From assembly GCA_051294905.1 (NCBI GenBank), contig CM119371.1:30072001-30136000 (forward strand): DNA of 64,000 nucleotides, in the 5' to 3' direction. Source of the stretch: Botryllus schlosseri (Eukaryota). Position numbers and translations under genes: made by a program. The notes beneath the pieces were generated by a model. The model was not told where the DNA came from. It did not search any database and saw only the letters and a program-made list of their open reading frames with translations. This document shows, piece after piece, positions 11,961-25,468 of this stretch (position 1 is its first letter; every line of letters starts with the position of its first letter).

Positions 11961-13192
11961 CAGGACCATAACTGCCGCACCCCAATTAGGGGGGGGGGCG
12001 ATCTCGAAGGGGGCCCAAAATTATTTCATGAATTTGCTTAAATTATGGAGTATTTTTTGAAAATTTATGCAACTTTTTCAAATAAATTTTTGCGCTTCGC
12101 GCGATATCAAGCTGCCAAATAAATATCTTGATTATTGGCTCCTCTTCCTCTAAGAAAAAATCCCAAAGATTTATAGAAATGAGCATATCGTCGTTGGCCA
12201 TTACAGCGCCACGACGCATCAAGACATATAAAGTTGTAAGCCATGTAACATGCGACTCCAGGAAGTGTGCCAGAACGATCGGCAGCGAGGAAACCTTGAC
12301 CGAAAAAGACTACCCTAATGCTGACCGAAAACCTCGTTATATATACAAAATACATGTAGGCCTAATTGTCCATAGGCACCTACATGGCCGGCGCCGAATG
12401 ATCCTGTCTTGGCAATCTGAACCTCCCAAGACAAATACCATACCACACGGAAAGATTATATGCTACTGAAGAAATGCCAATTTGAAATCGTGTGATCTTT
12501 TAGTTTAGTACGTTTGAGTGATTCTATATATTTTTTGATATTGCAGACAGGTCACGAAATAACATCATGTAACAAAGTCATCACAACGGGTCCGCCCGCC
12601 CGAAGATGTTTAATTATTATTTACGGGCCCTACAGTTTCCAAAATACCTCACTCAGCTCTATCGGTAAATCTGATTACGTGAGCAGAAAGGTCAAAAAAG
12701 TCATAGCACCATTTTTATGCAATTCCAGATCCTATTGACCGATTTTATCGTGAATCCTCGAAAATTTTCGTGCTCGGCGCTGGCTCACTAAACAGTATAA
12801 CTATAATTCCGTGAATAAATCGAACAACGTGATGGGCGCGGTTTATCACCCTATACGGGAGCCCAAGACTTAAGTTTTTGGAGGGGCCGACGAAGTGCTG
12901 TTTCGTTCCTGCCAACGGTTATACACCCGAAAATGTTTAATATTGAGGGGTCCTACCTTTTCAAACACAACTCACTCAGCCCTAGCGGTAAATCAGATTA
13001 CGTGAGCAGAGAAAGGATAAAAATTGATAGCAATATATATACAATTCCCGATCATATTGACTGATTCAATATTGAATTATAGAAATTTCCGGCTTTACGC
13101 GCGTATAGGCGAAAACGGCTGTCTTACCCTATGTGGGGCCCAAGACCTACGCTTGGGGGGGGGGGGGGTGACGAAGTGCCGTTATGGTCCTG
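11961..13192 (+). mobile_element. hAT-type non-autonomous element family H, complete
   Basis: TIR CAGGACCATAAC/GTTATGGTCCTG; perfect TSD CTCACTAC; internal ~330-bp duplication; nested in an older CAGTGGT-ended element (about 11834-13287). Confidence 0.92.
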
Positions 13193-13778
13193 CTCACTAC
13201 TCACCGGTTATTTTGGAAGCTAATTACGCTCAACATCTTCGCGAACCCCAGAATAAAGGCAAACGACCCTCACGTTTGGAATCACTACCTTTGAATAAAG
13301 CATCTAGGGCTAGGCTATAATTGCAATGACAATTAGGCTTATTTCAGTTAATGAATGTTATTTTTATTTTTATTTTATTGCAGTTTTTGCGAGGGTGGTA
13401 GTCTTCATAAAAAATAATATATAATATTAATAATAATAAATGTGATAGTATATCGCGCGCAGCATGAAGAAAAATATCCTGTAACATAAATATCCTCAAA
13501 AATAATGTTATTATGTTGATTTATGAAAAAAATCCGTGCATACGTCAAAGCCTTCAAAATTCCGGACATTTGGGCATATTTTAGGAATTCCTCCCGGACG
13601 CTAGTTCAAACAGTGAAATTCCGGACATGTCCGGGAAATTCCAGATGTATGGCAACCCTAAAACATGTCATTGTGGATTATCTCAATTTACCTATAGTAG
13701 GCTACATCTCGCGAATGGATTCCGACGCCTGAATTTTTTGGTGATGATAGAGTTGGCAATTGATAAGATGTGTGTATT

Positions 13779-15760
13779 CATAGGCGCCGTGTTCCGGAGT
13801 GGCGGGGTGGCGCAGCCACCCCATCAAACATTTATGGGGTGGCGGTCACCCCATACGATACGAATAAACGCCCGCCGTCTGCGATTTCAAATCATCAGCG
13901 CTGTCAATTGGTCCGTGATAGCGCGTAATTGCCAACTATTCACCGTTAACCGATACGCGCGTGAATAATTGAATACGCACATTAACGCAGCTTCGTCGGC
14001 GACGACGATCTCGTGCTTAAAACGCCCCAATAAATTGTAAACCGTGATTAGAAATCAGACAATCGAAGCAACCTCGCTTACGACCTCGATTTCGACACAC
14101 TTGTGCTGAGAAACACCATCTTCTCTCTCGACCAGACGAGCGAATTCACGTTCTCCTTCTCTTAATTATATTGTATTTGCGCCCATAATCGTTTGCAAAA
14201 TAATTCTTGGGTTAGTTCCGTAATAGTCTTTTTAATTGGAGGCTTCGAGCGCGAAATAGGACAGTGTGTTTGTGTATGCCTGCGAATTGAAAGTCATTCC
14301 TGCGCAAAGTGCGCATATTCATTACTCTGACAAGGCTTTGCCAACTTTTATTGGGAAATGCAACAACGCAGCTCAAACGTCGTTATAATGAGCAAACAAT
14401 TGTCGCAATGTCAGACTCGGGAGTCGGGACCCCATTGTGCTGTACGCAATTTGAGAAATTACTGATTAGATGCGCGCTTTCTTGTTTGCTATCATCTGTA
14501 GGCTACTAATCTTGTCTGCTTTATAAACTCCTGTTCCCTCGATGTCGCTGGCTAGTATTTGATCTGTTATTAATACTGCGCATTCTGCAGTGCACGTCGT
14601 TGAATTACCAGCGCGTTGTCGGTATTAAAACCATAGGTGCGTAGCCAGGGAGTTTCTCATTTAAAACCAGAAATCCCTTCTTTTTGAAATACCAATTCAC
14701 TAATTCCTATTATCGATGCTGCGTAGGCTACTGCAAGTTAGCGAGAATCGTTTGTATGCGAAATGGGTCATCGATATCTCATGTGTAGTGCACTCTCGTC
14801 GGTGGTTTGATTTAGCGCGTCCGCATGCAGGCCTGTTACCGTTCGCAGAAACACTTCCGCCAAACAGTAACAATCTCTGAGTGTAATATTGTTTGTGTTT
14901 ATGTATCTTTTTGATTAAAACTTATGCCCGCGTCTAAACAAATTGTGCTCGTTGCCATTGTCGAATTTGGGCATTTAGGTATGACTATAGCGCAAGCTCA
15001 CCCTGTAATTGTTATTATTGCGGGTTTGCGGCATGTCTGCAATTTCGTTATCAGCGCAACCTTGCCGGCCGATTGTACAGTCCGATAAAATTGATCACTA
15101 CTATGTATTTCGCACAGCGCACTGATGCTGATTTCAGCAAACTGACGATCCTTAGTACAAATTCGACCTCATCGTTAGAAACGTAGATTTCATCGCGCGC
15201 TCTGAGAAACACCCTTTCCTATCGCGATTTGACGACCAAACATACGTTCACCTTCTACAAATTAAAGTGCATTATTTGCATCGACAAGCCGCAAGCAGCG
15301 TTTAAAACATTTTGTAAAACATTTTTGTCATAAATCTCGGAGCGCAAAGTTGAACGGTGTTTTATTGTGTGTTCCTGCTAGTTGGAATTTATTCCAGTGC
15401 CCATAACATTACTCAAATTATGCTTTGCGAGCGTAAATCGAGAAATGCAGTAATGCAGTCAAAATCCATGTTTTAATCATAGCCAACAGACGCGATGTGA
15501 GCTACTCACTACTAAGTAAAAACCCATTGTCTTGGCGGTCAGCGATTATTTTAATTACTGATTGACCTCGTGCGTTTCTAATCATCATTCTTGACTGTCT
15601 TTCGTATGATAATGCGACTTGTTGAATTGCAACTGTATATTAGCATCAGAATGGTCATTTCAAAAGGACGAGGTTTTGCGATTCAAAAGGAGGGAGTTTC
15701 GACACCTCCTGGCCACGCACCTGCCCCCACCCCATGCAAAAATAAAAGTCGGCGCCTATG
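13779..15760. mobile_element. hAT-type non-autonomous element with nested element about 14634-15723
   Basis: TIR CATAGGCGCCG/CGGCGCCTATG; TSD TGTGTATT/TGTGCATT; inner inverted ends AGGTGCGTAGCCAGG/CCTGGCCACGCACCT. Confidence 0.85.
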
Positions 15761-16239
15761 TGTGCATTTGTTAAGACTTTGATTTTAAGTTGACAAATTA
15801 ACAAAATGATTGAATATTTTCGGGATAGAGATAGTTGGTATTGATTCTATAAGTGTGACAACAGCGGCGTGGAATGTGTGAATAATCCAAAAACGTAGTT
15901 GAAAGTCAGTAATATTCAGGTTACAAGGCGACAGATCGTTCGCGCACAAAATGTTTAGACTCACAAAAGGATTAGAGCGGTGATTCTCAACCGCAGCCCC
16001 CAGATAGCGTTCTTGCGGCCCCAAAAATATATTAGGAAATCGATTTATGACAAAAACAAAATTTATATTTTTAAAATACTCTTGCTTGGCTTGGCCTCTG
16101 TAGTTATTAATTTTAGAATTGCAAGAAAGTTGTGAGTAGACTGCTAACGTTACGTCACTGCTGTTTCAATGCAACGTGCCCTAACTTTCCAGTTGAACGA
16201 GCAGTAGCTATAGATATTTTGATAACTTTCAAAACTGGA

Positions 16240-16574
16240 GGAAAATCTTGAAAAATGGTAAATTTTTCCCACCTAGTGATCGCTTAAGTAAAAAAGAAAA
16301 AGAGGCTCAACTCCCGGAAAATACAGTTTTTCTTTCTCGTTAACAGGGGGTTGACTGATAAAAGGGTCAACTTTCCGGCCCAGCTCCTGAAATAGCCGCC
16401 GTAGCGTTCCTACAGGGCTGACTTAATGTATATCAGTAGAATTTGGCCCTATATACAAACAAAATTCTGAAAAAAAGACAAAATTTCAAACAAAAGAGGG
16501 CGTCCTCCGAGGGCACTTTCAAAAAAATTAAAAAAGAGGACAAATGCTCTTAAAAGGGGAGGTGTGGTAACCCT
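16240..16574 (-). mobile_element. MITE family B fragment (GTCCTC repeats)
   Basis: Ends GGTAACCCTG; similar to 33348-33703. Confidence 0.7.
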
Positions 16575-16671
16575 GTGATAACTCGATGTGCAACACGTGA
16601 CTCACGGTTGAATACGCCGAGATGCGTACTGCTTAGCCGGCAAGAAGCAGCGTAATTGGTAGTCCTATAGC

Positions 16672-17780
16672 CAGGTCCGTAACTGCCGCACCCCAAACCC
16701 CCCAATTGAGGCGGGCCGAGCTCGAAGGGGGCCCAAAATTACTTCGTGAATTAGCATAAATTATAGAGTAATTTTTGAAAATTTATGCAAACTTTTTCAA
16801 AAATTTTCGCACGTTGCGCGATTTCAATTCGCCACACATCTTCCCTCCCCAAAGAAACACACAAGATTAATAGAAATAGGCATGTCGGCGTTGGCCATTA
16901 CCGCACCACAACGCACCAATACATATAAAGTTTTAGGCCATGTAACATGCGACTCCAAAAAGTGTGCCAGAACGATCGGCAGCGATATAACCTTGACCGT
17001 AAAGGACAGCTTTTATGCTGACCAAAAACTTCGTTATATATACAAAATACATATAGGTTTAATTGTCCATATAGGTGCCTAAATGACTGGCGCCAAATGT
17101 TCATGTCTTAGCAATCTGAACCTCACAAGACATCCCGCAGGAAAAAAATTATATGTCAGTGAAGAAATACCAATCTGAAATCGTGTGATCTTTCAGTTTA
17201 GTAGGTTTGGGTAATTCTACATCTTTTGATATATCAGACAGGAGGTCACGAAATAACATCATGTAAAGAAGTCATACCAAGAGGTCCTTCCGCCCGAAGA
17301 TATTAAATTTTACGCGGTCTACAGTTTCAAAGACATCTCTCACTCAGCTCTACCGGTAAATCTGATTACGTGAGCAGAGAGAACAACCATGCATTTCCCG
17401 ATCTTATTCACCGATTTTATCATAAATCATCGAAATATTCGCGCTGGCTCACTAAATAGTACAGCTTTAATTTCGTGGCAAAAGCGAACAACGTGATGCG
17501 GGGTCAGTTTATCACCCTATGGGAGCCCGGGGCGCAGACTAAGTGCTGTTACGTTCCTGCCAACGGGTATACCCCCGGAGATGTTTAATTATCATTGAGG
17601 GGGCCTATACCTTTTCAAACACACCTCACACACCTCTACCGGTAAATCAGATTACGTGAACGGAGACAGGATGAAAATTGATTGCAATATATGCAATTCC
17701 CGATCATATTGACCGATTCAGTCATGAAGTAAAGAAATTTCTCGCGTCTCGCGCGTTTAGGCGAGAAAAGCTGTTTCACT
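16672..17780 (+). mobile_element. Family H copy 2, right end missing
   Basis: Begins CAGGTCCGTAACTGCCGCACCCC and is colinear with 11961-13130. Confidence 0.88.
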
Positions 17781-19279
17781 CAACGGACATCGAATGCAGC
17801 AGATAAGTAGCGGAAAACAGTCTACAGTTTTGAAATCTCGCCAGGGCAATAAAACTACTCCGAAATAGCCATCAAAGGTCGATTGTTCTGAACAATTGGA
17901 GCGTGGCAACACGATGACCATAACAATCGCTAATGGCGTCGAGCGATTGATCTGAACAATGCCAATTTTTATATTTTGATGGCTATTTGGGTCCGTTTCA
18001 TTGCCCTGGTATTCGTGCGGCGCCGACCGTACTCTGAAATTCTAAATTTGACCCTCATACCGGAAAAGGTTGGGAACCACTGGAATAAAGTAAGAACACG
18101 TAACACTTCGATCATTTGTCACCTCGAAAACCGATTCTCCGATGTCGTCGTTACTCACTGTTATGACCAATCGCAGGTTCCGCGAGTTTGATCGAGAAAA
18201 GGATTAGGGTTAAAACAGAAAATCTATGACAATTTGTCGGTATTCAAGTCACCGCCGGTGGCGGTTCTGCTATTCGTTAGTTAATATATTTATGATTCTT
18301 ATCAAATCTTACCAGTGAAATCAAGTTCTGTGACAACTAATTACCAAAATATTACCTTGTGAGCCATCGGTATGCCTGTAACTCCAAGTCACGAGCGATG
18401 GCTATGTCTGAGGTGTCATCTTGTCAGCGATCACGGGTTTGTAACTTATTTCACACACGATAGAACTGCTGCAAGCTAAATATATCACACTAGTCAGGAA
18501 AGCTATCGGCTGACATTTTAGTAATAAGCCAGCACACGAAGTCAAGGGTTGAGCCAGGTGCTGGATTAGGCCATGTCATTGCATAGTTGCAAGGACATTA
18601 AAACTAAGTCACTCCACCGCATGCAGAGACTTGATGTTTATCGGGATATGGGACTTTTCTAAGAAATGCAGAGATTTGATGATTGACCCATCTGTACGGA
18701 ATCACCTTCTTTATTGGTACACGGATGTCCACGTTTATTCGCTATAATCCTTGTAAAAAGCGAATAAACCAAAGAGGAGGCCCCTTCGACCAGGGGGCCC
18801 TTGGCGACCGCCCACCTCGACCACACCAAAAGCCACCACTGGCAATGGGCACATACAGGAACGGACGAAAGTCCATAATTTTTCGCTCTAGTACTATTAC
18901 ATAATAAATGTTTAATGTTTGCCAATGGCGCACTTCATGGTCGTTACCTGTTCTGATTCAAGTTTCATATGGGATGAATAAGAACGACCATTCACCACGT
19001 CGTGATGCGTGTGTTGTAATAAATGTTTGCAGAACCGTATTATACTTTTTAAAGTTGAACACGATGCATACTGTAGCAGCGGCCGGCTAAAGTGCTCATT
19101 CTTGCCTCCCAACTATGCATTTCAATTTTATAAATGTTGTAAAACTTTTTAAATCTATCAAGCTATTGTGCACAACACACTAGTGTCGGGATGATATGTT
19201 GCTATATATTCAGCGTACTACAAATTATTATAATACGGTTGATATATTATAATTTGAACCTCATTCTTTTCACATTTAG

Positions 19280-19411
19280 TTTATGGTATTGGTCGGAAAG
19301 ATTTAGCTGAATGCATGTGTCGCAATCTGACTGACCTCCGACTCGAGACTGCTCGATGCATCAATCTCACAATGGTGAATGTCAACGATAATAAAATATT
19401 AACAATTCCAG
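19280..19411 (+). CDS. 132-bp phase 1-1 exon, left paralogue
   Basis: catttag|(V)YGIGRKDLAECMCRNLTDLRLETARCINLTMVNVNDNKILTIP(G)|gtaaca; differs from 47294-47431 by a 6-bp in-frame indel and substitutions that include several synonymous ones. Confidence 0.8.
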
Positions 19412-19907
19412 GTAACATTTCTTCAATACAAGTGTAAAAGCAATTGTGTCTTTATTACAGGTCTTTGAAAATTCTTCGTCGTGTCCTCTAGTTCACCGAA
19501 ATATGACAATTATACTTTTTTTATGTTGTGGTTCGGCCGTTCGGGTATTCATGGTGTTACGACTACATTGGTCATTTTACTTCATTTCATTCATCACTAT
19601 TATTACCGATCTTACGACTTGTAGCACGACCCACTTTTGTTCTTGCTTTAGTAAGATTCCATTTACGCGGATCAGATGGCGAGGATGTGATTTTATTCTG
19701 TATGTGGCATAAAACAATGACAAATTAGAACATATTGTAAACAGGGCACTTGTTTTGGATATATGCGTTCTCTAGTATGTCAATTTAAAAACAACCCTAT
19801 ACGCTAAACAGACACAGAGAGGGTGATATCGGCGAAATCAAGTTGGGCGCTGCGGTACTAAGTTTGATTACGTGATTGTTAGGGCAAGTTTTTGTAGCAC
19901 TAAAATC

Positions 19908-21214
19908 TAGGGATGGTGTGAACCTCTGAAAGGTTCAGATTCATGTGAGCGCGAACCTTATTGAAAGGTTCGGTGTGAACGCGAACGTGAACCTCATGAC
20001 GTCACGTGACGTCATATTGCTAATTTCAACCCTACATTTCAGGGAAGTGATAGCCTATATTAATGTACACCAGCATACGATAGCTATAGCGTCGGGCCAA
20101 ATAATGTAGGGTTACCATACGTCCTATGTTAAGAGGATTTGCCCTCTTTTTTGGGTTTTTTGAAACTGTCCTCGTAGGATGCCCTTCTGTCGTCTTATTA
20201 GAGAATTTTGGTCATATTCGACTAAGATGCCGTAAATCAACACCGAAGTGACGCTCCGGCGACTATTTCGGGAGCTGAGTGGAAAGTTGACATTTTTTTA
20301 TAATCAGCCACCTGACAATGTGAAGGAAAAAACTGTATTTTGGGCACCGAGCGGGAAAGTTGACCTTTTTTTAAGTCAACCGACCACAAAGTGGGAGCAA
20401 TTTACCTTTTTTTTTGAGAAATACATATTCACGTTTTAAACGTCACCAAATGTATCAACTGGTGCAATCAAATGATCTGATAATCCCATGAAATCAATAT
20501 CTTCCGTCGCTTTGCCAACAATTTTGACGTGGACTTGAAAGGCAATATAAGCTTACGCCATAACGGTCTATAGGCCAGGCCGGATAATGTGTTTGGCGTT
20601 CAAGTATTGCGACGGTGATATTGAGCAAAGTGTAAAACGGGTTTCTATACTTGCTACCAATAATACTCCATTAACAAGTTATACAGCAGTAGCCAACACC
20701 CCAATCGCACGGATTTTGTTTTGTATGATACAATAAACATATGACGTCAAGATTGACACCGTACATTGCTAGATTTTTTACATCAGACCAAGTTATCAAT
20801 TCCATTGATTGGTTGAATAAGCATCATTCGCTGACTACATGTAGCGTATTTCGCTCTTGATGATGTGTCATTGCGAGTCAAGCTCACAGCAGAGAGTCAC
20901 TGAATATTCACAAATGGAAAGCTGGATATTTGGAGCAAATTTTTGTAACAAAACCAAGTAAAATTGCTGAGATTGTCAAGGTGCATGCTCGTTTAGTGTT
21001 GATTTTTTTTGCTGCCAGTGCCACGCATAGAGTGGCCCGAAATTGAAATGGAATAACTGTCAACCAAAGATGCTATGATGAAGTAAAAATAGTAATATAT
21101 GAGGAAGGTTCACAGTGCAGAACCTACCAAGGTTCGTTTGTGAACGTGAACCTCTAAATTTCTGAGGTTCACACGCAGAACGCGAACGTGAACCTCACGT
21201 TCACACCATCCCTA
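19908..21214 (-). mobile_element. hAT-type MITE family A, copy 4, with nested family B fragment (20107-about 20420)
   Basis: Perfect TIRs; perfect TSD CTAAAATC; empty site present in the paralogous arm near 46805. Confidence 0.95.
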
Positions 21215-22021
21215 CTAAAATCGTGAGAGAGTTTGATTTAATTGTTACAAAATTGCTGTAAAGTTGCATTTATGAACTATTTTTTTAATTATTAAGGTAT
21301 GAGACAATCGAAAAGTTCCGTTGTATAATCTAACAGTCCCCATGCCATACCATTACTGCGCCCCTAAAATCTGACTGGAAAATTTTGATTAGGCAAAGAT
21401 TCAGAGACCAAAATACTACGTGGTGTGAAAATGACTAGCGGGCCGAAAATAATTCCAGGCGGATTGTATCCTTGCCTGAGATCAGTGGCTCGTTACATGG
21501 GCGATATCACCCCTAGTGGGTGATTTTGAGAAACAGAGCGGGGGGCGAAATACCAAAGGGGATGACCGGGGGGCCATGGAGGGCGAAAATGTACGTCCAG
21601 AGAGATATGTTCAATTAACACGGTCACAAAATGCACGTGAGATGGCTTGTTCTGCATATGACCAGGACTTTGAAGCAGTCGTAAATTTTAAACTGCTTTA
21701 GCTCCCGCTCCGGAGCTCTATTCGATCATAAATTAGCTCCGGCCCCAACGCTCGTTCATACCACTGCTCAGGTTCCAGCTCCGGCAACTATAGTTCAGTG
21801 GTAGCCGTCGCAAGGAACCGTCATTTTGCAGGGTATGCAAAGTCCTGTGACTTTATGTCGTCTGTTGACTACGTCATATGCGCACGAGAACGTACTTTAC
21901 TCCATACCATTGTATATACACAATGTAGAGCGATGAAACAGTGACGTGACATTACAGAGTAAGCGCGGTAAATCCAGCCTACCCAGGTTTGGCACGTACG
22001 GATGAACATGGTTACTGGAAA

Positions 22022-22330
22022 GGAAAGGACATAATTTTTTGACCTTGATGTTTTTTTCGGCATATACTCCGACTCATGATAAACATACACACGATCTGCG
22101 CATATGCATACCATGAGTGTATGATGAGCATATGCCGCTGGACAAGGAAGTGCAGTTATAGCCTTTACGGCTTTCTAAGTCATGCACCACCCCTCCATGC
22201 TATCCCAGTAATGCATGAGCGCCAAGCCCGGAAGCCATGGTTACCAGTGTTACTAATCAGGTCTTTGGTCTGACCCGGCCGGGAATCGAACCCACGAAGC
22301 CGGACGCTTAACCATTACGCTATTACTGGT
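22022..22330 (-). mobile_element. tRNA-derived SINE
   Basis: Minus-strand A box TAGCGTAATGG and B box GGTTCGATTCC; body shared with 32777-33102. Confidence 0.85.
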
Positions 22331-23500
22331 TAGTTGGAAAATGTGGTGCCAACGAAGCAATATTTATTCTTTTGAACGACTATCTTAAAAATATGTGAAT
22401 TCAGCCATTAGTAAACTCATAACACCTTATGAAATACAGTGAACCGAAACTACTGTTCAAACTACTGTTCGGGTCCTTACTGCTGCTCTAAAGCCCTGCA
22501 TATGAGACGAAAAAAGATCAACTCAACGGAAAGTAGACCTGGAAACCACATCCTGAGTATTTAGGAAGTTGCCGGAGACTGTGAAAAAAAAGTTGCAAAA
22601 CTTTGTCCTTTAATGACTACTGTCAACTTTGTGGCCTATGCAGCTCACACTCAAACTATGTTGCGACTATATTACAAAACAAGTGAGGAATTCCTGCTTC
22701 GTTGCAAGCAGAATTAAGATTCTAAGTCAAGAGGTGGGCCACAGAACACATTTAAATCGGTAAATTGGACATGGCCAACAAAAAAGTGGAAACCCCTGTT
22801 TTAGCAGCATAGATCTACTCACTTTTTAGAATCGGCAACTAGAACTAAAACTGCAACTACTCACGAAACAGTAGTTATAGTTGAATGTCAACCAACTATA
22901 TTGGTAGTTTGTACAAGTCCGTAGCTAACACTCAAATTATGTGGTTACAGAGCACTGGTTAGTGGAGCTGAAAAAGTCTGCTGACGACCAACCAGCCGGC
23001 ACATCAATTAAGAAGAGCATCGTGTCTTATATGCTGATGTTGTATGTGGTCGCAGTTTTGTTTTGCCCATAAATAACCACACCTGAATCTGAAATGCCGT
23101 AACTTCACCGGAAAAGCGTATAATCGCGAAAGATGTATTCCTTGCATGGCTACAAATTAGGCTATACTGAATAAATACTACTCAGTCTGCAAGATTAACG
23201 GACTTACATCAACCTCGCCGATCGACACATGCGTCAGTCGTTTTCATCACTTGTCGTTTAATGTTATCTCTTGTTTCCTTCCATTCAGTGTACAGAACAT
23301 GTCCCTTCTTTATATCGCCTAGGCCCAGATGGGTGTCTGATTTCAAAGACTACTCCAAGTAGTTCGACGCCGTCCTGTATTTTCATTATATCGCAGTGTT
23401 GTGGTGTATTAAAATGATTAAAATAATAGTAGACTGATGCTGATCATTGACTCACTGTTGCACATATATAAGCTACATATCCAGTACGCAGGTGCAGGGG

Positions 23501-24340
23501 CAGCGGCGTAGCAGCCACATTGGCGGTTATGGCTCTGCAGCAGGCGGTAAAATGAAGCTGCACAGTGCGCACAGCACGGAGACATGGATGGCTATAATCA
23601 CGAGCTAATTTGTTACGTTCTAGACTGGAATTGGTGGTGTTTTCGACAATACTTTTCGACTGAAAGCGTTTGATGTTTAACTCGATCTCAATCACACCTA
23701 CTTGATTCAACAACATAGTTATGCGTGTGTCGGAAATTTTATCTTACCGTTGATGTCACAAAGCGTGATCTTATTTACTTCATTATTGGGAGAAGAAAAA
23801 GAGTGGCACCTATCACCCGCAGGTCTTGTGCGCCACGACATTACTCAATTTTAATTTTTTAGCGCAACAATTCAAATAAATCTATCACAATCAGCACATA
23901 TTCTACCAGGTATTTCAAAACAAAGCACGATCTGATAAAGCCGTATTTTCGTTCTACCACGAATAGTTATCTTCTACCATCTCCGCCGATTCTTTCTACA
24001 GAAAGATGCTACGTTAAAAGACTTTATTTTGAAGGTATTATGGCTAATCTTGCTTCGACGAAAACTCGAAAAGTTCAATTTTGAGCCGACTATTGATTTT
24101 TTATTGGCCTAATATATTTGTTCTCCATTTTTTGTCTTTTATTTTGGGCCTGAACGCTGAGACAGTCAGTCTTCTTTCTCAAGCAATATAGAACTTCTGA
24201 AAAGCGGCGCGCGCAACATTTATAATATTTTCATTGAAAAGATTGCTTGAACAAAAAATTATTTCAAAATTTGTTGCAGTCTACTTGCGGCGGCATTTTC
24301 AACGAAAGCCAGGGGCGCAGCATGCGCTCCGATGCCACTG
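23501..24340. mobile_element. hAT-type non-autonomous element
   Basis: CAGCGGCGT...ATGCCACTG ends; perfect TSD TGCAGGGG; absent from the paralogous arm near 43380. Confidence 0.88.
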
Positions 24341-25094
24341 TGCAGGGGTGACCAGCGTTGGTACACAATAGTAGAGTTAGAAATAACGCCATAAATTGAT
24401 ACCCGGCTACGCCTAGAGCGAATTACGACCGTTACAACCCGCACATCTCGCTCGACGAAAGGCTAGCCCTGTACTCATCCCCTGAAGCTTGATAGAATAT
24501 AGGCAAACGCCATAAATTCTACTATTGGCAAACATTTGTTGGGTAATCCTGTTTTTTCGAAAGAGTTATCGGGACGACAGATTCGGTGTTGTCGGTAAGG
24601 GCCGTTCACACTTTCATTTAGGTGCCTTAGAGTCGACGTTTATAAAAATACGCCAACAAAGCCTGCGCCTATACAGAAGGAGTTTGTATGCCATCTAAAA
24701 ATAGTACATTGAGCATAAGCGCTCTCTCTGCAACGAATATTCGAATTCTGATGCCGGTGTCGTCATATTTTGAAATACGATTGTTGAAGTGTTGATATAA
24801 TAATTTATAGAACGTCAAATATAAGAATATATCAATATTACACTGGGGTGTTGTGTATAAGAGGCAATAAAACATAAAAAGTAAATGATAAGATGGAGTG
24901 CATAGTTGTACGTTTCTACGACTGAGAACGTGACGATCTCCTGGTCATGTAGATTATTGTCACTAGCTCACGAAGATACGCTGGCGCAATTCCCTCCATG
25001 CATTTTAAAACATACAGAAGAAGCTTTGTATTCAGACCTATATTTTATAGGAAGCTAATAAAGGGATCTACGAATCGGTGATCACGTTTCCTTG

Positions 25095-25205
25095 ATCTTA
25101 AAGACTACTCCAAGTTGTTTCGACACCTCCCTTTTTTTCATTGTATCGCAGTTTTGTGATGTTTTGAAATGATAAAAATAATAATAAAACTGATTGATTG
25201 ATTGA
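25095..25205 (+). mobile_element. LINE 3' tail fragment
   Basis: Matches the 3' UTR at 60895-61010 and ends in (GATT)n; further copies at about 23325-23440 (+) and 43430-43545 (-). Confidence 0.75.
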
Positions 25206-25323
25206 CCGAGTTACCAAACGAGCTGCGATGTTTTGAATCTAATGTAACTTATTGTCATTGCAATTTTGGTTTTCCTCGAAAAAGCTGAACATTTCCATAG
25301 TCAAACCGTGATATCACCAACAA

Positions 25324-25468
25324 CAGCATTATGACTTCGCATGCATCCTCAGAGGTAGTTCCTGTTTCGACTGATCTTGTGGATATATAGATACAAAGTT
25401 CTTTCCAATTCTAATCTATAGTTGGTGCCAATTAACCCTGACGAGTGTCAGCCGAAATATAGGGGTTT
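25324..25468 (+). mobile_element. Ancient Penelope-like 3' remnant with hammerhead-like core
   Basis: QHYDFACILRGSSCFD resembles QHYDDNMFTVIARGRSVFHL of the element at 56-57 kb; followed by CTGACGA-n9-GAAA at 25438-25457. Confidence 0.5.

Larger units (their letters stand above)
19050..24600 (+). repeat. Left arm of an inverted segmental duplication (partner about 43130-47690)
   Basis: Colinear reverse-complement similarity once copy-specific transposon insertions are removed. Confidence 0.9.

Noticed and set aside
22270..22330. tRNA genes at 22270-22330, 33025-33100, 36970-37047 and 54085-54146
   Set aside because: A/B boxes without intact cloverleaves, and attached to repeated bodies; these are SINE heads.
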